A DNA stretch of 64,000 bases from an uncultured Ruminococcus sp. (GCA_900545345.1 UQYQ01000001.1:34426-98425), one strand, 5' to 3'; counted from the stretch's first letter, positions 30,521 to 41,104 are shown. The notes: generated by a model not told the origin, from the letters alone. Made by a program: numbers and translations.

Positions 30521-30671
30521 ACCGTTTTGTCGCTATTTTTCAGCGACTTGTATATTATATAGTATTTTGGACGAGTTGTCAAGTAGTTTATACTTTTTTT
30601 AGCAATAAATTTATTAATTTTTTGTAACTAATGTTTTTATAACTTTAACCGGCATTCAAACCTATCTCAAA

Positions 30672-30698
30672 AAAAGACTGCTCAAACGAACAGTCTTT
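30672..30698 (-). terminator. Terminator after the 30705 gene
   Basis: aaagactgttcgtttgagcagtcttttttt on the minus strand. Confidence 0.65.
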
Positions 30699-30704
30699 AA
30701 TAAG

Positions 30705-31643
30705 TTATTCTTGCAAGTCTTTGTTTTCCTCAGTATCTTTAAGCTTATCAGTTTTTTCTTGAATATCCTGTGCCGCTTTTTCAGCTTTTGGAAGCTCCAG
30801 CTCTTTAAGCTTTGCATTTTCTTCTTCAAGAATTTTCATAAGCTCTTCTATTGCATTATTGGTAGGTTTCGTAAGGTCCTCTTTCATTTCAACCAGGTCA
30901 TCTTTATTCACGCCTTCTTCAATAAGCGGTTCATTAAGTATTTCAGAGCCTCTTGAATCCGAAAAATGAGTAATCCCTTTATTATTCAACATATCATTGT
31001 TTAACTTTTCATTTTCATTTACAAAATCATCGAATGACTTCTGTGCATCATTGTCCGAGTCATTTTTTGATTTATGATACTCTTCTCTGTTTTTCTCTCT
31101 TTTAGCTATTTGTTTTCTCTTATTTCGTTTATTCAAAACAAAGAAAATTATCACTGCAAGTGCAGGCACACCTATAAAAATAAAGTATCCTGTACCTGAA
31201 TTAGCCAGAACAATAATCTTTCCGAACAGCTCAAACTGATAGTTTGCAATTCCGACGATTTTGCTGCCTTTAGTCATAACAGTATCGGTTGAACGGTCAA
31301 ATTTAAGCTCATAATAAAGCTTATCATTCTCAACAGCTAAATTCACAAGACGCATAGCAGTTGTCCCATAATCTTTAACATTATCGGCAATGACAACTTT
31401 GCCTATATCGTCATTTGTAGGAACACCGTTTGTTGCAAAAATCAAAGTGTTTTTTTCAATGTTAGGTGCCATATAATCGTCATGAATAAGGTAAAGACTA
31501 TATCCGCCTATACTTGGAGTAACATTTTCATTCTTAAAAGCAATATGAACCATCACAACAAATGCAGATGCAAGAATGAGTATTATCAGAAATATTATTC
31601 CAAAGACTTTAAACAGAGAAGTTTTGATTTCCTTACTGCCCAT
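30705..31643 (-). CDS. Membrane protein with degenerate signal-peptidase-I-like (S26/S24) segment and acidic coiled-coil C-terminus
   Basis: 312 aa; N-terminal TM, second TM at ~aa 155-175; DDYMAPNIEKNTLIF resembles the SM(E)PTL...GD(L)L(I) box of S26 peptidases but lacks the catalytic Ser. Confidence 0.4.
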   Translation of the reverse strand: MGSKEIKTSLFKVFGIIFLIILILASAFVVMVHIAFKNENVTPSIGGYSLYLIHDDYMAPNIEKNTLIFATNGVPTNDDIGKVVIADNVKDYGTTAMRLVNLAVENDKLYYELKFDRSTDTVMTKGSKIVGIANYQFELFGKIIVLANSGTGYFIFIGVPALAVIIFFVLNKRNKRKQIAKREKNREEYHKSKNDSDNDAQKSFDDFVNENEKLNNDMLNNKGITHFSDSRGSEILNEPLIEEGVNKDDLVEMKEDLTKPTNNAIEELMKILEEENAKLKELELPKAEKAAQDIQEKTDKLKDTEENKDLQE

Positions 31644-31851
31644 AAAAGTAACATCCCTTCTTATTGTTTATACTACACAAAATTTCACAAAAACATTATA
31701 ACACAAATATTATAATTTTTCAATCACTTTTTTATTTCCACATTTATCACCATTACTTAGCAATAAAAATAAGGCTGTCTGCAACTTTTAAAAATAAAAA
31801 GTATTGACATAATATTTCCGTATGATATAATAGTCACTGACGATATCAGTT

Positions 31852-31927
31852 GCTTGTGTAGCACAGTTGGTAGTGCAGCTCATTCGTAATGAGCAGGTCG
31901 CAGGTTCGAGTCCCGTCACAAGCTCCA
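31852..31927 (+). tRNA. tRNA-Thr (anticodon CGT)
   Basis: GCTTGTGTAGCACAGTTGGTAGTGCAGCTCATTCGTAATGAGC...CACAAGCTCCA; acceptor stem pairs perfectly; one A-C mismatch in T-stem. Confidence 0.7.
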
Positions 31928-31935
31928 AACAGCAA

Positions 31936-31968
31936 AAATCACGCATTAAGTACAGTGCGTGATTTTTT
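31936..31968 (+). terminator. Terminator after tRNA-Thr
   Basis: aatcacgcattaagtacagtgcgtgattttttc. Confidence 0.7.
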
Positions 31969-31989
31969 CATTAAAACTCATAACCAAAA

Positions 31990-32030
31990 AAAGCAGACGC
32001 ATAATTCACTCATGTGTCTGCTTTATATTT
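31990..32030 (-). terminator. Bidirectional hairpin serving the sortase-substrate gene
   Basis: aaaaaagcagacgcataattcactcatgtgtctgctttatatttt. Confidence 0.55.
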
Positions 32031-32036
32031 TATATA

Positions 32037-33686
32037 TTACTTGCCTTTACTTCCGGCTTCAATCAATTTTCTTCTGTTAAAAAATCCATATAACCCCATA
32101 GCTAATAACAGTCCGCCGAGAACAACAGGTGTTGCTTTTCTGTCCTCAGTACCTGTATTAGGCATTTCCAGCATCAATGCAAGAGTCCTTCTTAAACTTT
32201 TGAGTTCTTTCTTCTGCTCTTCGGTCAAATCAGGTTTTTTTAACAACTCATCTATGTACGCAAGTGTTCTTCTGATTTGCTGAGGTGTTGGATTCTCAGG
32301 TACAGTAACCAATGGAGTTGTGGTAACCGTATTGGTCACTATCAAAGGCTCAGGAGCGGTAGTTGCAGAAGTAGTTGTTGAATTCTCGCCGGTAACTACA
32401 GTAGTTGGCTTTACTGTAACCTTTGTAGTCTCAGTCGGTTTCGTTTGTGTAGGTTTAGTAGGTGTTTTTGTCGGCGTCACGCTAGGATCTGTCGGATCAC
32501 TAGGTTTTGTCGGCGTTACGCTCGGCTTTGTCGGATCTGTTGGGTCAGTAGGTTTTGTCGGTGTTACATCTTCCGGCTTTTCACCAGTGTAGTACCATGA
32601 GTGTGATTCACCATTTATAGAACAGCTTTCGGCAATTAAAGTTCCGTCAAAATTTGAACTGAAGTTAACTTTTGCACCGGGTGCCATAATGCTTCCGATC
32701 CACTCATTAGGGAAGTTTATTGTTCCGTTATAAACTTTATCAGCTTTTGAACTGTCATAAAAATTCCAAAGAATCTTTGAGTTTTCCACATCGCATCTTT
32801 CCTTATTAGCCTCACCGTTGAATCTGACTCTTACAGGAACATATACCTCATCGCCTGTACCGGCCAAATCAACATTAACAATAAGGGTAGTTTTACTCGT
32901 ATCAGAAACCAAAACATTCAGCAAAGCATGATTACAAAGTGCAATAGTATCTTTATATTTTATATTTTTAACATGTACGCCATCTGCTGTTGTTTTAATT
33001 TCAGCACTGTTCATTTCAAATTTTGTTTGAACATTATCAGAGTTCTTAGCATTTGCGTATTCTTTGGACAGATTTTTTAAATTCTCAAATTCTTTATCTA
33101 AATCAATATATGGTTTTGATTCATCTTCAACAAAAAGCTTACAATCTTTAGGAGGCATTTCAGTAGTTGAAAAACCATTCATCTGAACTTTGTTCTTATT
33201 TCCGTTATCAGTTAAAACAACTTTCGCACCTTTGCCGAAAACGAACGGGTTGCCGTAAAATGCAGTGCTAAAACCAGTTGATAAATTTTTTATATAGTTA
33301 GGGAAATCGTTCTTGACAGTCTCTTTTCCGTCATCATCCTTTACAAGAGCCTGACCGAAAGTGCTGTTGATACTGACTAAATTTCCGACTGCTATATTTC
33401 CAAAACAATGTGCATTTATATTAGCGTCTTTCCTGATAAACATATGAAAATCAGTAGCAATACCCAGCGGCAAATCAGCGTCATATTTATACTCAGGTAA
33501 CTCAAAAACAGCAAAAACAGGCAATGAAATAATTAATAATAAAGATAAAGCTGTTAGTCCGCTGAAAATTCTCTTTATACATTTCACTATAATCATCCCT
33601 TCGCTAAAGTATATATTTTTTATCTGCTGCCTCTTATTTCTTATGTTTATACTATTATTATAAAAGAAAAAAGTCAAATCAACCAA
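32037..33686 (-). CDS. Sortase-anchored cell-wall surface protein (MPNTG sorting signal)
   Basis: Signal peptide (likely start MIIVKCIKR at 33596); Thr/Pro-rich linker TPTKPTDPTDPTKPS...; C-terminal LEMPNTGTEDRKATPVVLGGLLLAMGLYGFFNRRK = LPxTG-like motif + TM + RRK tail. Confidence 0.65.
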   Translation of the reverse strand: MVDLTFFFYNNSINIRNKRQQIKNIYFSEGMIIVKCIKRIFSGLTALSLLLIISLPVFAVFELPEYKYDADLPLGIATDFHMFIRKDANINAHCFGNIAVGNLVSINSTFGQALVKDDDGKETVKNDFPNYIKNLSTGFSTAFYGNPFVFGKGAKVVLTDNGNKNKVQMNGFSTTEMPPKDCKLFVEDESKPYIDLDKEFENLKNLSKEYANAKNSDNVQTKFEMNSAEIKTTADGVHVKNIKYKDTIALCNHALLNVLVSDTSKTTLIVNVDLAGTGDEVYVPVRVRFNGEANKERCDVENSKILWNFYDSSKADKVYNGTINFPNEWIGSIMAPGAKVNFSSNFDGTLIAESCSINGESHSWYYTGEKPEDVTPTKPTDPTDPTKPSVTPTKPSDPTDPSVTPTKTPTKPTQTKPTETTKVTVKPTTVVTGENSTTTSATTAPEPLIVTNTVTTTPLVTVPENPTPQQIRRTLAYIDELLKKPDLTEEQKKELKSLRRTLALMLEMPNTGTEDRKATPVVLGGLLLAMGLYGFFNRRKLIEAGSKGK

Positions 33687-33898
33687 AATAAGTTAATTGT
33701 TTTTATATTTGATTATATCATTAACTGTTTTTTAATAATTAATTCCTCACTTTAAATTGATAAAACAAAGAAATTTAGTTTTCCAGTTTTTCATCATGCA
33801 AACTTTCAAATATTAATTAATTTTTTATTAAAATACTGTTGAAAACTAAGCTTAATATCCTGAATTAAAATTTACAAAATATTAACTTATATAAACGA

Positions 33899-33935
33899 TA
33901 AAGACCGCCGAAGAGCCGGCGGTCTTTATTTTTTA
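33899..33935. terminator. GC-rich hairpin with T-run (bidirectional)
   Basis: aaagaccgccgaagagccggcggtctttatttttt. Confidence 0.6.
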
Positions 33936-33940
33936 TATAT

Positions 33941-34567
33941 TTAATAATCAACGATACTTTTTGTCGGAGCATTATCTCTTTTAGCTTTTTCCTTTTTCTT
34001 TTTCTTAAAAACTGTAAATATGGTCATAATAAATAAAATAAATGAACATAATAAAAACAGAAGTATAGGATAATGCCTGATCATAAATTCATATTCAGGA
34101 TGTATATTGCCGTTTTCCGTAACTCTTCCGGTCAGATAATCCACAAAATGTTTTTTTGTTATGAAAAAATATACTGATGTCGAAACAAGAGAAATTATAA
34201 AGCTTGAAAAATAAAGCCTTTTCAACGCAAGAATAACAGCAATGAGCATTGCAACTAAGCTTATAATAATTATCCATCCTATATATGTATTATCAATCCA
34301 TGGAACCCATTTCTTAAAAATATTTATCGCAGTAATTAATCCGTAGAAAAAACCCGAATATAAAAAAGGAAGTATCATTATAAATTTTATAATCTTATAC
34401 CAAATTGATTCTTTTTTCACAAATTTCCCGACAACTTTAGCTGAAGCTTCTTTACGCTTCTCTTCTTTTTTTCTGAAAGCTTCATCATTTTTCATTTTTT
34501 CTTCTTTTATTTTTCTTAGACGATCAGCTTTTGACATATCATTATATATGCTCTTAATGAAGAGCAC
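33941..34567 (-). CDS. Hypothetical membrane protein with charged N-terminal region
   Basis: 208 aa; K/E-rich N-terminus then 4 TM helices; no recognisable family. Confidence 0.45.
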   Translation of the reverse strand: MLFIKSIYNDMSKADRLRKIKEEKMKNDEAFRKKEEKRKEASAKVVGKFVKKESIWYKIIKFIMILPFLYSGFFYGLITAINIFKKWVPWIDNTYIGWIIIISLVAMLIAVILALKRLYFSSFIISLVSTSVYFFITKKHFVDYLTGRVTENGNIHPEYEFMIRHYPILLFLLCSFILFIMTIFTVFKKKKKEKAKRDNAPTKSIVDY

Positions 34568-34831
34568 TCCTCCTTTTTGAAAACTTAAAAATTAAAAGTT
34601 TTTATCACATATCAATAATCTACATATAAGTATAACATAATTCTACTATAAAACTCAACCCCTAATTTACATTACGACCAATGCAAATAATTCTATAAAA
34701 ACCATAGAATTATGCAGGTTAATCTGCAAAATATAATAGAGATGCGGCATCAAATTCATCAGATTCATGCTTTAAAAATTTGCTCATTCAAATTTTTAAA
34801 CACTTAAAATTACAAGAAAGGATAATTGTTT

Positions 34832-35983
34832 ATGAAGAAGACAATAAAATCTTTAACTGTTATTTTGATGACAGCTTTTTTTCTGATATCATCAATTACC
34901 TTTTTATCATCTTATAATTTTTATCTGCCGAAATCAATTGCGGTGATAAATTATTCAAATCATAACAATAAATTTTCAGCAAAAACAGACAACGCCTTAA
35001 AAGTTAATGCTTCTGTTAAAAAGGTTGTTCCTTGCGGACAGCCGTTCGGAATAAAAATGCTGACTGAAGGCATCATGGTTGTCAGACTGTCAGATATAAA
35101 CGGAAAAAATAATTCATGCCCGGCAGAGGAAGCCGGAATTAAAGTAGGTGATATTATTATTTCCATTGATGAAAAAAAAATAACTTCTAATGAAGATTTA
35201 TCAAAGGTAATTTCTGCTTCAGGCGGAAAAACAGTTGAAGTAGTTTTAAAACGAAATAATTGTGAAGACAATCTGACATTAAAGCTTACTCCTGAATATT
35301 GCAATAATGAAAAATGCTATAAAACCGGAATGTGGGTAAGAGATTCTTCTGCGGGCATCGGGACTATAACATTTTATAATCCATATACAGGAAATTTCGG
35401 CGGATTGGGACATCCTGTTTGTGATTCAGACACCGGAGACCTTCTTCCCCTTTTAAGCGGTGAAATATGCGGAGTATCTGTTACCGGATATAAAAAAGGT
35501 TCATCAGGAGCACCGGGTGAGCTTCACGGAAGATTTCTAAGCGGAAATGAGTTAGGTACTCTATCTCAGAATACTGAATCAGGAGTTTTCGGAAAAATTG
35601 ACGAATCACCGAGTAAGCACGAAGAAGTTGAAATTGCTGACAACAGCGAAATAAAAACCGGAAAAGCCGAAATACTAACCACAATAAACGGTTCAGAACC
35701 TCAAAAATATTCTATCAATATTGAACAGGTTAATCCTGATGATCCGGATTTAAAAAACCTTGTTATCAGAATCACGGATAAAACTCTTTTAGAAAAAACC
35801 GGAGGAATCCTTCAGGGCATGAGCGGCAGCCCAATAATACAAAACGGAAAACTGGTTGGTGCAGTCACACATGTTTTTGTAAATAATTCTTCAATGGGAT
35901 ACGGTATATTCGCTGACACAATGTACACTCAGTCACAAAAAAGCAATATAAGCGACAAAAGCTCTTTAAATTTTGCTGCATAA
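34832..35983 (+). CDS. spoIVB: Stage IV sporulation protein B, S55 serine peptidase with PDZ domain
   Basis: PDZ segment GIKVGDIIISIDEKKI; catalytic-region LQGMSGSPIIQNGKLVGAVTH; located immediately upstream of spo0A as in Bacilli and Clostridia. Confidence 0.85.
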   Translation: MKKTIKSLTVILMTAFFLISSITFLSSYNFYLPKSIAVINYSNHNNKFSAKTDNALKVNASVKKVVPCGQPFGIKMLTEGIMVVRLSDINGKNNSCPAEEAGIKVGDIIISIDEKKITSNEDLSKVISASGGKTVEVVLKRNNCEDNLTLKLTPEYCNNEKCYKTGMWVRDSSAGIGTITFYNPYTGNFGGLGHPVCDSDTGDLLPLLSGEICGVSVTGYKKGSSGAPGELHGRFLSGNELGTLSQNTESGVFGKIDESPSKHEEVEIADNSEIKTGKAEILTTINGSEPQKYSINIEQVNPDDPDLKNLVIRITDKTLLEKTGGILQGMSGSPIIQNGKLVGAVTHVFVNNSSMGYGIFADTMYTQSQKSNISDKSSLNFAA

Positions 35984-36494
35984 TCTACAAATCGCTATGT
36001 TTCGGGGTTTTTTCAATTTAATTCGTCGAATTAAACAACATTATGTAATATTTCATTATAATTATACTATTTGTAATATTTATTAAAGTATTATGTCATA
36101 GTTATGCCCTATTTGACGATAAAAAGGTGTATTTTTTTGCAATTTCCTATTGTAATTAATCTTCCTTTGTGCTAATATATGGAAGTGGAAACACATACCT
36201 AAAAAATCTGGCGATTTTGAGGTAATTTAAAATATTTTAAACACAATCCACGCTAAATCTGTGAAATTTTCTTTTATTCAGATTTATTAGCACTTTTACA
36301 CATCAAAAATACCTCAAAGAATTTTCGGATTAAAATCCGGCGAGCGAAAGAACTGCCCTTTAATCAAGACTCTTCTTTGGGAAAAAGATACCACTATTCA
36401 AGTTGATGACTTTGCTCTTAAATTATCAAGTCAAAAACTATGTTTCTCTGAATTATGGTATACAAAAATTTAACATTAAGGAGCGGTAAATACA

Positions 36495-37313
36495 ATGAGG
36501 AGCAGAATAAAAATACTACTAGGCGATGACAGCAAGGATTTCGGAGTTAATTTCGCAAGCCTGCTAAGAAACAAAGGATTTTATGTAATTGCAAGACCAA
36601 AGGACGGACTAATCTTATTTGACGCTATTAAAAATGAAACACCGGATATAGTAATTATGGATGTAATCATGCCTAATCTGAACGGAGCTGACCTTGTCGA
36701 AAAATTCAACCACACACCATACAAGAAGCCACACTTCATTGTATGTACTTCTTACTCGGATCCATATTTAGAAAAAACAGCTTTTGAAAAAGGAATTGAG
36801 TGCTATATTCGCAAGCCGGTTGACATCGACTATCTGGCAAAGCGTATAAATGAACTTATGGGAATTGAAGAAGTCCCTGCCGTTGAAGAAATTGATGTTA
36901 CTAAGTCATATGATTTGGTTTCACTTGAAATTGCTGTAACGGAAATTATTCATCAGGTCGGCGTTCCTGCTCATATCAAAGGTTATCACTATTTACGGGA
37001 AGCAATTATGCTGTCCGTTCAGAACAGGGAAATGCTTGACTGCGTGACAAAAGTGTTATATCCTACAGTTGCAAAACGATTTAACACAACAGCATCAAGG
37101 GTTGAGCGTGCAATCAGGCATGCAATTGAAATAGCATGGGACAGAGGAGATATAGAAACTTTAAATTCATTCTTCAGGTATACAGTAAATGTCGAAAAAG
37201 GAAAACCTACAAACAGCGAATTTATAGCACTTATCACTGATAAAATCTCTCTGAAACTCAAAGCTCAAAACAGAAATATTGCAAACAATTTTTCCAAAAC
37301 ACCATTAGTTTAA
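36495..37313 (+). CDS. spo0A: Sporulation master regulator Spo0A (response regulator)
   Basis: 272 aa; receiver domain with D residues ([13 protein letters not shown]), Spo0A_C signature [18 protein letters not shown]. Confidence 0.9.
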   Translation: MRSRIKILLGDDSKDFGVNFASLLRNKGFYVIARPKDGLILFDAIKNETPDIVIMDVIMPNLNGADLVEKFNHTPYKKPHFIVCTSYSDPYLEKTAFEKGIECYIRKPVDIDYLAKRINELMGIEEVPAVEEIDVTKSYDLVSLEIAVTEIIHQVGVPAHIKGYHYLREAIMLSVQNREMLDCVTKVLYPTVAKRFNTTASRVERAIRHAIEIAWDRGDIETLNSFFRYTVNVEKGKPTNSEFIALITDKISLKLKAQNRNIANNFSKTPLV

Positions 37314-37519
37314 ATACCAGACTGAGTAGTATTCTGCAAAAAATCCACCATAAATATATGGTGGATTTTTGTTTTAAATGCCCATATATATGAAATTTCA
37401 AACTTTAATTTAGTGCATTTAGCGAATTTTTTGCAAGTTTCTTATAATCGGCTTGCATTTTATATCATTTTGTAATAAAATAAAGTATAATGAATTTATA
37501 ACTTGTTGGAGGTTTGCAA

Positions 37520-38806
37520 ATGCAACTTAAAGATATGTCAAAAGAGAAACTTGAAGTTTTTCTTGATGAAAATAAGTTAAAGCTTGAAGAATTCAAAGCC
37601 CGGAAACTGTCGCTTAATATGGCCAGAGGAAAGCCAAGCACTCAGCAGCTTGACCTTGCAGTCAAAATGCTGGCTTCTGTAAACAGCTTTGATGCTGACT
37701 ATACAGCTTCTGACGGAACAGACTGCCGAAACTACGGCGGACTTGAGGGCATCTGTGATGCTAAAGAGCTTTTTGCCCCAATGCTCGGTGTTTCAACTGA
37801 TGAAATAATTATAGGCGGAAACTCAAGTCTGAATCTTATGTATGATACAATTGCAAAGGGTATTATCTTCGGTGTGAACGGCGTTGATAAACCTTGGAAA
37901 GACTATGAAAAAATCAAATGGATTTGTTTAGTTCCCGGTTATGACAGACATTTTGCAATTTGTGAAAGCTTCGGAATTGAAATGATTAATGTTCCTCTGT
38001 ATTCTGACGGGCCTGATATGGATATGATTGAAAACCTTGTTTCAAATGATGAAACTATAAAAGGCGTATGGTGTGTTCCTATGTACTCAAATCCAACAGG
38101 AATAACTTATTCAGATGAAGTGGTAAGAAGATTCGCTAACTTAAAGCCAAAAGCAAATGACTTCAGAATTTTCTGGGATAATGCATACTGTATTCATCAT
38201 CTGACCGATACACCTGATAAGCTTTTGAACATTCTTGATGAATGTAAAAAGTCAGGAAATGAAGATATGGTTTATATTTTCGGTTCAACATCAAAAATTT
38301 CCTTTGCAGGCGGAGGAATAGCTGCCTTAGGTGCAAGCAAAAAAAATGTAGACTATCTTCTTTCACTTATGACCATACAAACTATAGGATTTGATAAAAT
38401 CAATCAGCTACGGCATGTTAAATTTTTCGGTAACTATGAAGGTCTTCAGGAACATATGAAAAAACATGCAGAAATTATTAAACCAAAATTTGATGTATGT
38501 TTGGAAGAACTGGAAACCGAAATTACACCTTTGGGAATAGGCAGCTGGCACAGACCTCACGGCGGTTATTTCATAAGCTTTGACGCAATGGAAGGATGTG
38601 CAAAAAGAATCGTTTCACTTTGCAAAGATGCCGGCGTTGTGCTGACAGGTGCAGGAGCAACATTCCCTTACGGAAAAGACCCTAAAGATTCAAATATAAG
38701 AATTGCACCGTCATTCCCTCCTGTTGAAGAATTAAAGCAAGCCATTGAAATTTTCTGTATTGCCGTTAAAATAGCATCTGCTGAAAAGCTTTTATCTGAA
38801 AAATAA
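37520..38806 (+). CDS. PLP-dependent aminotransferase, class I/II fold
   Basis: ~428 aa; GGNSSLNLMYD, SxSK Lys motif (GSTSKISFAGGGIA); start ATG 37520 with GGAGG 7 nt upstream. Confidence 0.65.
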   Translation: MQLKDMSKEKLEVFLDENKLKLEEFKARKLSLNMARGKPSTQQLDLAVKMLASVNSFDADYTASDGTDCRNYGGLEGICDAKELFAPMLGVSTDEIIIGGNSSLNLMYDTIAKGIIFGVNGVDKPWKDYEKIKWICLVPGYDRHFAICESFGIEMINVPLYSDGPDMDMIENLVSNDETIKGVWCVPMYSNPTGITYSDEVVRRFANLKPKANDFRIFWDNAYCIHHLTDTPDKLLNILDECKKSGNEDMVYIFGSTSKISFAGGGIAALGASKKNVDYLLSLMTIQTIGFDKINQLRHVKFFGNYEGLQEHMKKHAEIIKPKFDVCLEELETEITPLGIGSWHRPHGGYFISFDAMEGCAKRIVSLCKDAGVVLTGAGATFPYGKDPKDSNIRIAPSFPPVEELKQAIEIFCIAVKIASAEKLLSEK

Positions 38807-38815
38807 TATTTAAAA

Positions 38816-38850
38816 TCAAGCCTGCCGAAAATTCAAACTCGGCAGGCTGA
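38816..38850 (+). terminator. Terminator after aminotransferase
   Basis: gcctgccgaaaattcaaactcggcaggc hairpin. Confidence 0.55.
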
Positions 38851-39073
38851 CATTTTCGGAATAAAAAATGCTTTTAATAAGTAAACATTTACTTAATTAC
38901 AATGCAACTAAAAGCAATATATTGTGCAATATTGCTAATTTTTCTTTAAGTTATATTTCATAATAAACAATTTTATTTTTTTTGTTGTTTTTCTCTTTGC
39001 AATTGTAATAATTTATGTTAGAATGTGTATTAAAGGGGTTTTATGCTCTAAATAAATCAAAGGGGGAATTGCC

Positions 39074-39481
39074 TTGAATATTGCGTTAATAGCTCATGAC
39101 AAGAAAAAAGAACTTATGGTGCAGTTTTGTATTGCCTATTGCGGTATTTTAAGCCGGCATAACCTATGTGCAACTGGTACAACAGGCAAACAAGTTGCAG
39201 AAGCCACAGGACTTCGCATACAAAAATATCTAAGCGGTGCTCAAGGCGGTGATGAACAGATTTCTGCCAGAATTTCATGCAATGAAATTGACCTGCTGTT
39301 ATTTTTCAGAGATCCTATTACTCCTCAGCCTCACGAACCTAATGAAGCCAATCTTTTAAGGCTCTGCGATGTTCACAACATACCTGTTGCTACAAATACA
39401 GCAACAGCAGAAGCACTGATTCATGCGCTTGAACGGGGTGATTTAGATTGGCGTGACATTGTTAATCCTACAAAACGCTAG
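39074..39481 (+). CDS. mgsA: Methylglyoxal synthase
   Basis: 135 aa; [14 protein letters not shown]...ATGTTG motif; TTG start. Confidence 0.85.
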   Translation: MNIALIAHDKKKELMVQFCIAYCGILSRHNLCATGTTGKQVAEATGLRIQKYLSGAQGGDEQISARISCNEIDLLLFFRDPITPQPHEPNEANLLRLCDVHNIPVATNTATAEALIHALERGDLDWRDIVNPTKR

Positions 39482-39510
39482 GCAGAATCAGAAATTTAAC
39501 ACAAATAATT

Positions 39511-39750
39511 AAAAGCGATGATTAGAAGAGTAATAAGCTGTTTCAACTCAGAGAGAGTGTATATGGTGAAAACACTTTTGAAATAACTTATGAAAGACAC
39601 CTATGAGTTCCCGTTTGAATAAAAAGGACGGGCGTTACCTGCGTTAAAGGACACGAGTGGTTCAGATAAAAATTATCCGAACAATTAGGGTGGTATCACG
39701 ATTATTACGGTCGTCCCTTTGGGGCGGCCTTTTATTTTTACAATAAGAAA
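39511..39750 (+). ncRNA. T-box riboswitch leader (His-specific by context) with intrinsic terminator
   Basis: Stem I elements (GCGATGA...AGAAGAGTA, AGAGA), conserved T-box AATTAGGGTGGTATCACG at 39683-39700, terminator GGUCGUCCC-UUU-GGGGCGGCC + UUUUAUUUUU directly before hisS; candidate CAC specifier in gaaagaCACctatgag. Confidence 0.8.
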
Positions 39751-39762
39751 CGGAGGACTATT

Positions 39763-41073
39763 ATGGCAAAATCAACTGTACAAAGACCGAGAGGAACACA
39801 AGATGTTACTCCAAACGAGGTGTACAAATGGCATACCATAGAAAAGATTTGCAGAGAAACGGCTGAAGGGTTCGGATTTAAAGAAATAAGAACACCTACA
39901 TTTGAAGACACAGGACTTTTTGTGCGTTCAGTCGGTGACACAACAGATGTTGTTCAAAAGGAGATGTATACTGTTTCTGCAAAAGGCGATTCTACATTCA
40001 CATTAAAACCTGAGGGAACTGCAGGAGTTATCCGTGCAATGCTGGAAAACGGAATACTCAACGAAGGTATTCCTCAAAAAATATTTTATATAACCCCTTG
40101 CTTCCGACACGAAAAGCCTCAGGCTGGCAGACTGAGAGAATTTCACCAATTCGGCTGTGAAATGATCGGTCCTTCATCGCCGTCAGCTGACGCAGATATT
40201 ATTGCTTTAGCAAAAAGTGTTATTGACAGATTGGGTATCAAAGATGTTTCACTTCACTTAAATTCAATAGGCTGCCCGGAATGCAGAGCAAAATATCACC
40301 AGGCACTCAAAGAATATTTTTCAGACAGAAAAGACGAACTTTGTCATACCTGCCAGGAAAGATTAGAAAAAAATCCTATGCGAATTTTAGACTGCAAATC
40401 ACCTGTTTGCTCGGAAATTGCAAAAGACGCGCCTGTTATATTAGATTATCTGTGTGAAGAGTGTGACACACACTTTAAAAAGCTTCAGCAAAATTTAGCG
40501 TCAATGGGCATTGAATTTGTTATTGATACAAAAATCGTAAGAGGACTTGACTATTATACAAAAACAGTATTTGAATTTATTACAGATTCTATTGGCTCAC
40601 AGGGGACTGTTCTAGGCGGAGGAAGATATGACGGTCTTGTTGAAGAACTCGGCGGTCAGTCTGTTCCTGCACTCGGCTTCGGTTCGGGAATCGAAAGACT
40701 TCTGCTGACTATGGAAAACTCAGGCTGTGACTTTATAGAGAAAAACACCTGCGATTTATATATAGCTTCAATGGGTGAAAAGGCTCAGCAGCATGCTGCT
40801 TCACTGGCATTGGCATTAAGGAACGAAGGCTTCTTTACAGAATATGACCTCATGGGAAGAGGCTTAAAAGCCCAGATGAAATATGCAAATAAAATAGACG
40901 CTAAATTCACTCTTGTTTTAGGTGACAATGAACTTGAAACAAAACAAGCTAAACTAAAGCAAATGGATACAGGTGAGGAAATCTCAATAACACTTGATGA
41001 AAAATTCTGCGACACTTTTTCAAATGAACTTACAAACTTTATGTTTAAAGATATTTTGCCAAATATAGATTAA
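39763..41073 (+). CDS. hisS: Histidyl-tRNA synthetase
   Basis: 436 aa; class II aaRS motifs, HisS N-terminus RPRGTQDVTP and FRHEKPQAGRLREFHQ. Confidence 0.9.
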   Translation: MAKSTVQRPRGTQDVTPNEVYKWHTIEKICRETAEGFGFKEIRTPTFEDTGLFVRSVGDTTDVVQKEMYTVSAKGDSTFTLKPEGTAGVIRAMLENGILNEGIPQKIFYITPCFRHEKPQAGRLREFHQFGCEMIGPSSPSADADIIALAKSVIDRLGIKDVSLHLNSIGCPECRAKYHQALKEYFSDRKDELCHTCQERLEKNPMRILDCKSPVCSEIAKDAPVILDYLCEECDTHFKKLQQNLASMGIEFVIDTKIVRGLDYYTKTVFEFITDSIGSQGTVLGGGRYDGLVEELGGQSVPALGFGSGIERLLLTMENSGCDFIEKNTCDLYIASMGEKAQQHAASLALALRNEGFFTEYDLMGRGLKAQMKYANKIDAKFTLVLGDNELETKQAKLKQMDTGEEISITLDEKFCDTFSNELTNFMFKDILPNID

Positions 41074-41104
41074 AACCCTTTAAATCAAAGAAAGGACACT
41101 GTTT

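Noticed and set aside
32320-32592. 90-aa plus-strand ORF of V/G/T repeats
   Set aside because: It is the antisense reading of the Thr/Pro-rich linker of the sortase-substrate gene and is low-complexity.
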